Shown: piece by piece, positions 1 to 8,990 of the stretch
Layout: every line of letters starts with the position of its first letter
How positions within the stretch are numbered: the stretch's first letter is position 1
Source of the DNA: Candidatus Poribacteria bacterium
Lineage (GTDB): Bacteria > Poribacteria > WGA-4E > WGA-3G
Length of the DNA: 64,000 bases
NCBI GenBank assembly: GCA_965232545.1
Contig: OZ246979.1
Span: forward strand, 4,623,521-4,687,520
Direction of reading: 5' to 3'
The notes under the pieces: model-generated
Databases searched by the model: none
The model's input: only the letters and a program-made list of their open reading frames with translations
What the model was told of the DNA's origin: nothing
Position numbers and translations under genes: made by a program

Positions 1-484
1 CATAACCACAGAAGTATCGGATGATCTCGTTATGACTCTTATAGATACCGGCGCGGATCTGCGCATCGCTATAGATGAACCAAAACACAGGAATCGCACG
101 ATGCCGAAACGGGATCGCAACGACAAGCGCTTTCCACCCAGCAATCAAATCCGTCTCATCAATGAGCAAATACAGATGATCACCCGCATCCTTGAAAAAC
201 CAGCGCAGAACCGACACAAACCAAGCTGCCTTGAGCGCATCAATCGGCAGCGGGGTTTCAAGCAAACGCAGAAACCTTTTCTGTTTCGACTTCTCCCGGG
301 CAACAACGACAGGCAACCGAGACGCAATCTCATTGATCCGAAACGTTTGGGCAACACCGATCGCAATCATGACGAACAGCAGATTCCGGAACATCGGCTT
401 TTTCATACCAACAGATTTCAATATTTCTTCAAAACGTGTTATCATCGGTTCTGGATTTACCCGTTTCGGGTACGTCTTTTTCAT
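1..484 (-). CDS. DDE-type transposase (IS4/IS701-like), N-terminal ~160 aa; the ORF runs off the window start
   Basis: Reverse-strand ORF starting at ATG (rc of 482-484) with SD AAGGAGG 8 nt upstream; it is open to position 1. Translation MKKTYPKRVNPEPMITRFEEILKS...HLYLLIDETDLIAGWKALVVAIPFRHRAIPVFWF resembles transposase N-terminal regions. Family assignment is from memory. Confidence 0.5.
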   Translation of the reverse strand, partial: MKKTYPKRVNPEPMITRFEEILKSVGMKKPMFRNLLFVMIAIGVAQTFRINEIASRLPVVVAREKSKQKRFLRLLETPLPIDALKAAWFVSVLRWFFKDAGDHLYLLIDETDLIAGWKALVVAIPFRHRAIPVFWFIYSDAQIRAGIYKSHNEIIRYFCGY

Positions 485-547
485 AAAATACCTCCTTACA
501 TGTTTTGTGAACTCCGTTTACAAACAGTAGCTGTAAGGAGGTATTTT
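485..547 (-). promoter_or_regulatory. Perfect 16-bp inverted repeat that sequesters the transposase ribosome-binding site
   Basis: AAAATACCTCCTTACA (485-500) is the exact reverse complement of TGTAAGGAGGTATTTT (532-547). On the minus-strand mRNA the AGGAGG sits in the 3' arm immediately 5' of the ATG, a classic fold-back translational control for IS transposases. Confidence 0.5.
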
Positions 548-722
548 ATCATAAACCCACTGAGTTTCTCACACGTTTTACAACAAAAACCTTTCACCAC
601 AAGCCTTCAGAAAAAAATGGGGGTAAGTGACCCTATTTTTCTCTTGACGCGAAAGGTGGATACGGTGTAATATATACGATGTGGCTTGTATACCAATATC
701 ACAAAATTTTGGGGTGATACAC

Positions 723-1121
723 GTGTTAAGATATAGTCAGCTCGCGTCTATCGCTATTCTCCTCTGCTGGATGCTATCCGGATGTGCTATAATATCGCGA
801 GATGTTACGCGGACTGAGGCTTACAATCGATTCGCAATCAAAGCGGCACAGGCGCAGCTCTGGAATGAAGCCGTCTTCCGGTGGAAGCAGGTTGTCAGTA
901 TCGATCCAGAGGACGCTAAAGCACATAATAACCTCGGTGTTGCTTACGAGGCACTCGGGAACATGGAGGAGGCTATTGCCTCTTACCAGCGCGCAGCAGA
1001 ATTAGAACCAAATAATAAATACTACAGACTCAACTATCGGCGGTGCCGTATACATCTTCGACGAAGTGGAGGGGACGATGAAGACGCACCGCAGTTAGAA
1101 GAACCACTACCTACGGAGTAG
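723..1121 (+). CDS. TPR-repeat lipoprotein
   Basis: GTG start preferred over ATG 681 because it yields signal peptide VLRYSQLASIAILLCWMLSGC with a lipobox. TPR-like repeats follow (NNLGVAYEALGNMEEAIASYQRAAELEP). A sigma70-like TTGACG-N17-TAATAT lies at ~646-680. Confidence 0.55.
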   Translation: MLRYSQLASIAILLCWMLSGCAIISRDVTRTEAYNRFAIKAAQAQLWNEAVFRWKQVVSIDPEDAKAHNNLGVAYEALGNMEEAIASYQRAAELEPNNKYYRLNYRRCRIHLRRSGGDDEDAPQLEEPLPTE

Positions 1122-1203
1122 CGGTCAGCAGTCGGTTCCTGTCAGGAAAGAGGTTTCTTGCTGGTAGCCGAAAGGGTTGCGTAGCAACCCGTGCTGATGG
1201 CTG

Positions 1204-1929
1204 ATGACTAATATGCAGATAGCGAAAAGAATAGGAATTCTATTAGGAGTCTTAACGCTTTGTGGATGTGGCAATGCTGTGACGCGTGTCTCTATTCCGG
1301 TGAAGGTCCAATCTGAAATCGACATTACTCGCTACTCCAACTTCGCCGTTTTACCGTTTATCAGCGAGAAACAGATAGAACGGAACGAAAAACTACCTCC
1401 AGAGATCGGCGAGGAGATCGCTTCAATACTTCGGAGGGGTTTAGCACGCCAGAAACATTTTGAGGTCGTCAGCACACAAGAAACAGCGAGGCTGCTCACT
1501 GGCGAGACCGTGGAAGAAGATTGGCTTTCTAATACAAAGCACTTGAGTGAGTTCGGTGAGTACTTTGAAGTAAAAGCGGTTATCATCGGAAGTTTCCGAT
1601 TCTATTCTGATAGTCGTCCAAGACGTTATTATGGGGAACGCTACTCCGTACAACGGCAACGCTACGTCGTGGATTATCAAGATTACATGCAGAAAACCTA
1701 TCTACTCTCGCTCCGTGTAATGATTGTTGATGTTGAAACCGAAGAGGTGGTTTGGGATGAGTCTTACCGCAGAAGCACTGCTGAGGCGCATACCATCGGG
1801 TCGTTCATTTTCTCACAGGTTGGACCCCAAGCGAATACGATTAGGGAACTCGGTAGACGTGCCGTATCGGAATTTACACGCCAAATCTCTCCACATTATG
1901 AGAACGAAGATAGATATTTAGTCAAGTAG
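1204..1929 (+). CDS. Hypothetical lipoprotein
   Basis: N-terminus MTNMQIAKRIGILLGVLTLCGCGN carries a lipoprotein signal. No recognisable catalytic motif. Confidence 0.5.
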   Translation: MTNMQIAKRIGILLGVLTLCGCGNAVTRVSIPVKVQSEIDITRYSNFAVLPFISEKQIERNEKLPPEIGEEIASILRRGLARQKHFEVVSTQETARLLTGETVEEDWLSNTKHLSEFGEYFEVKAVIIGSFRFYSDSRPRRYYGERYSVQRQRYVVDYQDYMQKTYLLSLRVMIVDVETEEVVWDESYRRSTAEAHTIGSFIFSQVGPQANTIRELGRRAVSEFTRQISPHYENEDRYLVK

Positions 1930-2029
1930 CAATCGGCGATCGGCGGTCAGCGGTCAGAAAAGAGAATCTTGTGGTAGGTGAAAACGGTAGCAATTGTCCG
2001 ATCTACCGAAAGCCAACGGCTGACAGCCA

Positions 2030-5000
2030 ATGGCTAAAGAAAAGGTAAGTGATGTGAAGGACGGTAAAAACAGAACTTCATTGATGGAATTGGAAGGCAG
2101 TAAGAAGGGACTGGAAGGTTGGAAAGTTGGAAGGTTGGGGGGCATCCATTCTTCCATTCTTCCATTCTTCCAACCAAGTTCTTCCACGTGGGTAGGCAGG
2201 GATGTCCTGTTGCTACTTGTTGTCCTAAGCTTGTTATCACCTTGTGTTGCGTGGTCTCAAAGTTTTGGAAAAAACAAGATTACCGATCAACGCTTCGATT
2301 GGCACATTCACCGGACAGAGCATTTTGATATTCACTACTACCCAAGTGAAGTGAAACTCGTGCCTATTATGGCAGCGATCGCCGAAGAGGCTTACGAGCA
2401 ACACAGCGAAGATTTTGAACATGAATTGCAAGACAGAACACCGCTCATCCTTTACAAATCCCACAAAGACTTTCAGGAAACCAACATAATTCTTCAAGAG
2501 CTTCACGAAGGCATTGGAGGTTTCGCGGAACTCTTTAAACACCGTATCGTTATACCCTTCACCGGATCCTTGGAAGCGTTCCGAGAGGTAATTTTTCACG
2601 AACTCATCCATATTTTCCAATACGATATTATTTATCAAAAACCGCATGCCCGTATCTATAGTGGTGAGTTTCTCTATTCCCCGCCAATCTGGTTTATAGA
2701 GGGGATGGCGGACTATTTTGCAGAAGACAATGACGCGATTGGGGAGATGGTCGTCCGTGATGCCAGCATGAATAACAATGTTGTGCCGCTGCCGCAGCTT
2801 CACAATTTCAACCGTCTCAGTTCACCCTTCGTTGGATATAAGTTGGGACAACTGGCAGTGGCGTATCTCACAGAGACTTATGGACGAGAGAAAATCGCTG
2901 AGATTTTGCAGGGGTTACGACAGAGTCGCACAAAGGACATCGACCATGTTTTCAGAGAGGTTCTCGGGGTAGAACTCGAAGAATTTGATAAGGCGTGGCG
3001 GCAGACAGTCCGAAAACGCTACTGGCCCCTCGTTGAGCATAGGGAATTGCCGGATCTGGTATCGAAGAACCTTACAGAGGAATCTCGATATTCCCATAAC
3101 ATTAAACCGGTCTGGTCACCGAGCGGCGATCTTATCGCTTACGTCACCGGAAATGACGGATTTCTGGAAATTGTCCTCATGTCCGCAAAAACAGGTGAAC
3201 GCATTGAGCGTGTCACGAAGCAGTTTTTCCGTGAGAAATATGAGGAGATCCGAACCGATTTCGGAGGATTTGGAAGAAGCCTCGCATGGGCACCAGATGG
3301 GGACAGGATCGCATTCATCGCTAAACATCACGATGCAAATTATCTCCTTGAAGTCAACATTTTGACTGAGGAACTGACGCAGTACTTCGAGTTGCATTTT
3401 GATAACGTCACTTCACCCGACTACGATGGCAGCGGTGAACGGATCGTCTTTTCTGCACTAAAAGAGGGACAGACGGATCTCTATGTAATCGAATTGCTGA
3501 CGGGTGAAGTGGACAGGCTTACTTTCGATCCATTTAACGATACGCATCCGTCGTGGCACCCAAGAACTGGGGAAATTGTCTATGCGTCCGAACGAGGTGC
3601 CAAAAATCGATTGGTACTGATAAATCTCAGCCAAGGTACGGAACGCATACTCACCGATGGCACCTATAACGCTATCAGTCCAAGCTGGACACCAGACGGA
3701 ACATCGATTCTTTTCTGTTCGGATCGTCAGAGTATTTACGATATACACAAACTTGAAATCGTGGAGAAGGACAGCAATCAGCAGTCAGCAATCAGCAGTC
3801 AGGAAAATAGCAATCAGCAATCAGCAGTCAGCGATCAGCAAGAAAACCTCGTTGCTAATGGTCAAGAACCGAGAGCCGAGGACCGTTCCTCTGATAGCCG
3901 GACAGTTCTCACTGCAGAGCAAGCCGAGAACCATGACAACGAAGAAGTCGTCTCGACTGAAAATGGTAGCACGGAACCTATGGGTTCTCGACCTTTAGAA
4001 GTTGAGTTGACCCGTCTTACGAATATGATGACAGGTTGTTTCAATCCGAGCTTGGCTCCGGATGGTAAACATCTGCTGTTTAGTGCCTATCAGAATGGAA
4101 AATACGATGTTTGTATCATGGAGAGTGCCAAAACGGTTGAGGAAAAAATTGGGGTTTCAAGCGTGTCGGAACCCTCTGTCATTTTGACGGAGGAAGAAGA
4201 AGAAAATTATAGGGTTGCCAAGCGAAAATACAGTACGAGATCTTCTTTTGCTTTAGATGCTATCTTCCCGAATTTCAGTTTCGGTGCGGATGGTATCCTA
4301 AGAAGTACAGTGCAAATCGTCGGCAGTGACATGTTAGGTAACCATCGTATCGGGGTGAGCGTGATGAACCAATCGAGTTACCTCGCACCCGATTTTATCG
4401 CACAATACGGTTTTTTGACACACCGAACTGATGTTGGTGCACTGATTTACAACTATCATGAATACCATATCTTGGGTGGTATACAGAGTAGGCGGGGCAT
4501 TCTACAACGGATTACCGGGCTTGGCGCGTATGTCAATTACCCATTTGACAGGTACCATCGACTCGACTTTGAGTTCTCGATGTACTCGAAGCCGTTTTCC
4601 TTTAACTTCCAAACGCGTGAGGCGTTGGATCCATACGACGATAGAGGCTTGCTCACGATGGGTTCCGTTGCGTTTGTTGGAGATACAACGATGTGGCGGG
4701 AGTGGGCACCTTATACAGGTTCGCGGTACCGTGTTGAACTTGAACAATCCTTCCCCGCACTCGGTAGTGAATTGTCACTAACAAATGTTATTTTTGATGC
4801 GCGACGCTATTTCGGTGTCGGCAGACGATCTACCATTGCGGCGCGATTGTTGCTCGGCGGTAGTTTCGGTGGTGATCGATCTTATTTTTATCTCGGTGGG
4901 ATTGATACGCTACGCGGCTATAATTATGAAGAGTTGGTCGGGACACGCATCGGACTCCTCAATCTTGAAGTCCGTATCCCGTTCATAGATGTGCTTCACT

Positions 5001-5284
5001 TCGGGTGGCCCGCCCCGTGGACGCTCGGTGGGATACGCGGCATAGCCTTCGCAGATTTAGGAGGGGCATGGTCGGATTGGCAATATGGACCGGAGACCCC
5101 TTTCAAAATATTTGTTCGCGATGAAAACGGTGTTCGCCTTGGCGATGTCAAAGCCTCAATCGGTGCTGGACTTCGCTTGCAACTCGGTGTGTTTTCGGTG
5201 GACTTCGCCGCCGCATGGCATACGGATCTGACCAGCATCGAACCCGGTATGAAATACCACCTCGGACTCGGACAAGCTTTTTAA
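2030..5284 (+). CDS. Large outer-membrane protein combining an HExxH motif region, a TolB-like PD40 beta-propeller and a C-terminal Omp85/BamA-type beta-barrel
   Basis: Long ORF. The first ~60 codons translate a GGAAGG/CCTTCC repeat region, so the true start is probably the TTG at ~2210 just before signal peptide LLLLVVLSLLSPCVAWSQ. HELIH sits at ~2590. There are six PD40-like repeats (WSPSGDLIAY, APDGDRIAF, SWTPDGTSILF, LAPDGKHLLFS…). The C-terminus (LGGIDTLRGY…GAGLRLQLGVFSVDFAAAWH…) resembles surface-antigen D15 barrels. Confidence 0.6.
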   Translation: MAKEKVSDVKDGKNRTSLMELEGSKKGLEGWKVGRLGGIHSSILPFFQPSSSTWVGRDVLLLLVVLSLLSPCVAWSQSFGKNKITDQRFDWHIHRTEHFDIHYYPSEVKLVPIMAAIAEEAYEQHSEDFEHELQDRTPLILYKSHKDFQETNIILQELHEGIGGFAELFKHRIVIPFTGSLEAFREVIFHELIHIFQYDIIYQKPHARIYSGEFLYSPPIWFIEGMADYFAEDNDAIGEMVVRDASMNNNVVPLPQLHNFNRLSSPFVGYKLGQLAVAYLTETYGREKIAEILQGLRQSRTKDIDHVFREVLGVELEEFDKAWRQTVRKRYWPLVEHRELPDLVSKNLTEESRYSHNIKPVWSPSGDLIAYVTGNDGFLEIVLMSAKTGERIERVTKQFFREKYEEIRTDFGGFGRSLAWAPDGDRIAFIAKHHDANYLLEVNILTEELTQYFELHFDNVTSPDYDGSGERIVFSALKEGQTDLYVIELLTGEVDRLTFDPFNDTHPSWHPRTGEIVYASERGAKNRLVLINLSQGTERILTDGTYNAISPSWTPDGTSILFCSDRQSIYDIHKLEIVEKDSNQQSAISSQENSNQQSAVSDQQENLVANGQEPRAEDRSSDSRTVLTAEQAENHDNEEVVSTENGSTEPMGSRPLEVELTRLTNMMTGCFNPSLAPDGKHLLFSAYQNGKYDVCIMESAKTVEEKIGVSSVSEPSVILTEEEEENYRVAKRKYSTRSSFALDAIFPNFSFGADGILRSTVQIVGSDMLGNHRIGVSVMNQSSYLAPDFIAQYGFLTHRTDVGALIYNYHEYHILGGIQSRRGILQRITGLGAYVNYPFDRYHRLDFEFSMYSKPFSFNFQTREALDPYDDRGLLTMGSVAFVGDTTMWREWAPYTGSRYRVELEQSFPALGSELSLTNVIFDARRYFGVGRRSTIAARLLLGGSFGGDRSYFYLGGIDTLRGYNYEELVGTRIGLLNLEVRIPFIDVLHFGWPAPWTLGGIRGIAFADLGGAWSDWQYGPETPFKIFVRDENGVRLGDVKASIGAGLRLQLGVFSVDFAAAWHTDLTSIEPGMKYHLGLGQAF

Positions 5285-5395
5285 GAGTTGTCAATTATCA
5301 GTTGTCAGTTAACATTACACCAAAATCGTAGCCTGCAACAACGGCGCAGGCGGATATGAGGAAGGCACGTTAACGTTCAAACGCATGTCATTCCT

Positions 5396-5415
5396 CCGCA
5401 AGGAATAATTAAAAT
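5396..5415 (+). promoter_or_regulatory. Upstream module copy (CCGCAAGGAATAATTAAAAT) abutting ATG of UPF0182 gene
   Basis: TATAAT-like -10 element 6-8 nt before ATG. An extended conserved block lies upstream (GGCGGATATGAGGAAGGCACGTTAACG…). Confidence 0.5.
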
Positions 5416-8400
5416 ATGGATTCACGAACCAAACGCTTTATTATTACTATCACCGTACTCGCGGTTATTGGCGGATTAGGTGCCATTTGGGTTAGTCTTT
5501 ATCCCGACTTCCTATGGTTTAAGGTGGTAGACTACTTCAGCGTTTACACTAAAATTCTCACAACAAAAATCTTCGTTGGTGTGATTGTTGGGGTGTGCTA
5601 TTTGGCAATCCTCCTGACGAACATCGCCCTGATTTATCGATTCACGCCAGCGCATCTGAGTCCTGCTTTTATGGGTGGTGCAGATTTCATGGGCGGTGCC
5701 ACAGACAACCCCGGTGATACGCGAAAACTGATTTATGGTGGACTTACACTACTCGCGGTCCTTTTTAGCGTCATGATGGGCTATGCCGCCAGTGATCGGT
5801 GGGAGGTCTATCTACGCTACACCAATGCCGAGAATCTCGCTTTCCGTGCCGCTACCCCTATTATTGTGGAAGAAAGCCTCAATTCTGCCGAGATTCCTGT
5901 CTCTCAACTCGAACTCCAAGCGAAAAATATAAGAGTCGGGGATCAGATAAACGTCCAGGTGGATGGAACAAATCAAGACGCGCGGGTTGAAGCAATTTTG
6001 GACCGCGGTGATATGGGGGCCATCCGTTTGAATACGCCTATTCAGATAGAACCCGGACAGAAGGCTTTTTTCACGTCTCCTGCGCGCGATCCTATCTTTG
6101 ATAAGGATGTCGCCTACTACGTCTTCAGGATGCCGGCAGAACGTTATGTTTGTGGGACGCTTTTCGGTATCTTTATGTTAGTGACGATATTTGCAGTCGT
6201 CGTCTACTTTTTTCACGGGTTAATCACGGGTGATACCAGCCAGTTTCGATTCCGTCCACCTTTCAACGTGAAAGCGCATTTGTTCACGCTTGTCGGTTTG
6301 ACACTCCTATTCCGAGCATGGAACTACCGCTTTGCTATGTTTGACCTGCTTTACACGACAAACGATGTTGTCCGTGGTGGTGGTGGATATGCCGCAATGA
6401 AAGCACGACTCCCTATATTGTACTTCTTGATTGGACTTACAATTCTGTGTGCTCTCATTTTCATCATTTCTATCTTCCTCCAACGCAACACCCTCGCTTT
6501 TGGTGGATTTGCTGTGTTTCTGATCGCGGGCTTTCTTGGACAAGTCTATCCGGTCGCTATACAAAGATGGCAGGTTGAACCCAGAAAACAGGTATTAGAG
6601 GCGGACTATATCAATTACAACATCACAGCGACACTCCAAGCGTATGGGTTGGCTGAGAACACTGTGACGGAAGAAGAATATCCGCTGACAGAACAACTCA
6701 GTTATGATGACATAAGAAGTCCCGAAAACGCTTCTGTTTTCAATAGTATTCGTCTCTGGGATTGGCGACCCTTGCGCAGAACTTTCCGCCAACTCCAAGA
6801 ATTGCGGACACAGTATGATTTCAACGATGTCGATATTGATCGCTATGTCGTTGATGGTGAAATTCGTCAGGTCATGCTCTCTGGACGAGAACTCAATATC
6901 AATGAGCTGCCTGCCGAGATCAGAAACGACTGGTATAAGCAGACCTATACCTACACGCACGGATACGGTGCCGTTGTGAGTCCCGTTAACGAAATTGAGA
7001 ACGGCAAACCTAACATGTATATTCAGGGATTGCCACCTATTGACTATAGTGAGCAGTGGCAGCACCGGTTTAGTGAAACACCGGGACCCCGTATCTATTA
7101 CGGTGAACGCACAGATCGCTACGTTATCGTGCATCCCGAACGGAGCCAAGGACTTGAGTTTGACTATCCGCAGGAGGGGCAACAATACGCCGAATATGCA
7201 TATCAAGGAAAGGGCGGCGTACAACTGAACTCTTTCTGGCGGAAAATGGTGTATATGCTTAAATTCGATAACGAAATTAACTTCGTGCTACCCGGTGAAA
7301 TTTCATCGGCAAGCCGAATCCTCTACGAACGGAATATCAAAAATCGGATCCAAAAAATCGCACCCTTCTTACGGTACGACGGGGATCCTTACATCATTCT
7401 CCATAATGGCAGATTGGTTTGGATGATTGATGCCTATACCATCACACATCGGTATCCTTATTCTGTTTCAATGCGAGAGTTCGTCAGCGAGAGAAGACGG
7501 CAGATCGCAAATGCACAGCGAGACAATGAACCGTGGGGGAACTACATCCGAAATTCTGTTAAAGTCGTTGTGGATGCTTACGATGGCACTGTCGATTTTT
7601 ACGTTATGGAACGAGAACAGGATCCGATCGCCGAATGTTACCGAAAGATTTTCCCCAGCCTGTTCAAGCCGTTTGAGGAGATGCCGGAAGAACTCAAGGC
7701 GCATATCCGGTACCCGACATCCATGTTCCTTATCCAAGCCCGTGTCTATCGGGATTATCACATGAAAGATCCGGTGACCTTTTACGCAGGGGAAGATAAA
7801 TGGGAGATCGGCAGAGAACTGTATGACAATACGGATGCCCAAACGCGACAGGCTTCGGCGCCTCCGCAACCCAGAAGTCCTTTTGCCCCGCAGCAAGTCC
7901 CCCAAAATTCCGGTGCAAATGGACAACCGGTTGAACCCTATTATGTGGTCATCAGACTACCCGGACAGGAACAATCGGAATTCATGTTGATGTTGCCTTT
8001 CACGCCGCTCAACAAACCTAATCTTACGGCTTGGCTCGCTGCCCGATGTGATTTGCCCCAATATGGGCAACTCCTCGTTTACCGATTCCCGAAAGGCAAG
8101 CAGATCGCGGGACCGATGCAGGTGGAGAACTTTATTAGCCAAGAACCGGAGATTTCACAGCAGATTAGTCTCTGGAATACGCAGGGGTCCCGCGTCTTAC
8201 GCGGAAACCTGTTGATTCTGCCGGTGAACAACTCGCTACTCTATGTTGAGCCTATCTATATACAATCCGAGGATGAAAAAACCGCTATTCCCGAATTAAG
8301 GCGGGTCGTCATCGGATATGGGAACGAAGTCGTATGGGGTGAAACGCTTGAGGAGGCACTCGTCAAGATGTTCGGACAGGGAACAAGGGGCCAGACCACC

Positions 8401-8607
8401 GCTGCGACAATGGCAACTGATGACATGGGTGCTGCTGATACTGAGTTTGTGGAAGGGGTTTCTAACCCCGATTCCGTACAAGGACTCATTGAACAAGCAA
8501 ACCGCTATTTCAATGAAGGACAGGATGCGCTACGCGCAGGGAATTGGACGGAATATGGGCGGTATCAGCGACTTTTAAAGGAAACTTTACGGCAACTTAC
8601 TCAATAA
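5416..8607 (+). CDS. UPF0182 family membrane protein
   Basis: 1063 aa. N-terminal TM helices with the LYPDFLWFKVVDYFSVY motif typical of UPF0182 (LYTDWLWF…). ATG directly abuts the CCGCAAGGAATAATTAAAAT module. Confidence 0.6.
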   Translation: MDSRTKRFIITITVLAVIGGLGAIWVSLYPDFLWFKVVDYFSVYTKILTTKIFVGVIVGVCYLAILLTNIALIYRFTPAHLSPAFMGGADFMGGATDNPGDTRKLIYGGLTLLAVLFSVMMGYAASDRWEVYLRYTNAENLAFRAATPIIVEESLNSAEIPVSQLELQAKNIRVGDQINVQVDGTNQDARVEAILDRGDMGAIRLNTPIQIEPGQKAFFTSPARDPIFDKDVAYYVFRMPAERYVCGTLFGIFMLVTIFAVVVYFFHGLITGDTSQFRFRPPFNVKAHLFTLVGLTLLFRAWNYRFAMFDLLYTTNDVVRGGGGYAAMKARLPILYFLIGLTILCALIFIISIFLQRNTLAFGGFAVFLIAGFLGQVYPVAIQRWQVEPRKQVLEADYINYNITATLQAYGLAENTVTEEEYPLTEQLSYDDIRSPENASVFNSIRLWDWRPLRRTFRQLQELRTQYDFNDVDIDRYVVDGEIRQVMLSGRELNINELPAEIRNDWYKQTYTYTHGYGAVVSPVNEIENGKPNMYIQGLPPIDYSEQWQHRFSETPGPRIYYGERTDRYVIVHPERSQGLEFDYPQEGQQYAEYAYQGKGGVQLNSFWRKMVYMLKFDNEINFVLPGEISSASRILYERNIKNRIQKIAPFLRYDGDPYIILHNGRLVWMIDAYTITHRYPYSVSMREFVSERRRQIANAQRDNEPWGNYIRNSVKVVVDAYDGTVDFYVMEREQDPIAECYRKIFPSLFKPFEEMPEELKAHIRYPTSMFLIQARVYRDYHMKDPVTFYAGEDKWEIGRELYDNTDAQTRQASAPPQPRSPFAPQQVPQNSGANGQPVEPYYVVIRLPGQEQSEFMLMLPFTPLNKPNLTAWLAARCDLPQYGQLLVYRFPKGKQIAGPMQVENFISQEPEISQQISLWNTQGSRVLRGNLLILPVNNSLLYVEPIYIQSEDEKTAIPELRRVVIGYGNEVVWGETLEEALVKMFGQGTRGQTTAATMATDDMGAADTEFVEGVSNPDSVQGLIEQANRYFNEGQDALRAGNWTEYGRYQRLLKETLRQLTQ

Positions 8608-8722
8608 CCATCAGCCATCAGCGGTCAGCCATCGGCAAGAAACCTATTTACTGGCGGTTTCCGATAGGTGCCAACCATTCCCGCTGTAAGCTGACTGCCG
8701 ATAGCCGACGGCTAATAACTAT
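8608..8722. repeat. Composite palindromic 7-bp-repeat element immediately upstream of the DUF5069-like gene
   Basis: Left arm CCATCAG-CCATCAG-CGGTCAG-CCATCGG (8608-8640). ~45-nt spacer. Right arm in opposite orientation CTGACTG-CCGATAG-CCGACGG (8690-8712). Confidence 0.55.
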
Positions 8723-8739
8723 TAAAGGAGGTGATACAG

Positions 8740-8985
8740 ATGGCTCTCGATTGGAAACCACGGCACCGGGATATGATTATTGGGGATATCCCATGGTTAG
8801 CCAGAATCAGTGATAAAGCCAATGCAAAACTGCAGGGCATCCTCGGCGAATATATCTACCCGTGACCGCAAGATAAGTTGTTCCTGGAGGAACACGAGAT
8901 AAGTGCTGAGAAATTCACTGATATGGTGAAAAATAATCCCTCAGACGAAGAAATGATTGCCGCTATGAAGAAATTGGATAGTTAG
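8740..8985 (+). CDS. DUF5069-like small protein with an in-frame TGA (candidate selenocysteine) at 8863-8865
   Basis: Strong SD AAAGGAGG at 8725-8732. ATG at 8740. Codon 42 is TGA within GEYIYP-TGA-PQDKLFLEEH, where I expect Cys (family memory GEYIYPCP). The frame stays open to TAG at 8983-8985 (81 aa total). A 6-bp stem-loop TGTTCC-TGGA-GGAACA at 8879-8894 starts 14 nt after the TGA. Confidence 0.45.
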
Positions 8986-8990
8986 TTTAA

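Noticed and set aside
32-670. 212-aa plus-strand ORF at the window start
   Set aside because: It is antisense to the much better supported transposase reading frame (minus strand, SD plus ATG at 482-484). It is low-complexity and Arg/Pro-rich with no motifs.
8544-8813. 89-aa plus ORF spanning the UPF0182 stop and the 7-bp-repeat element
   Set aside because: It reads through the intergenic palindromic repeats and is out of frame with the SD-led DUF5069-like gene. A repeat-driven artefact.
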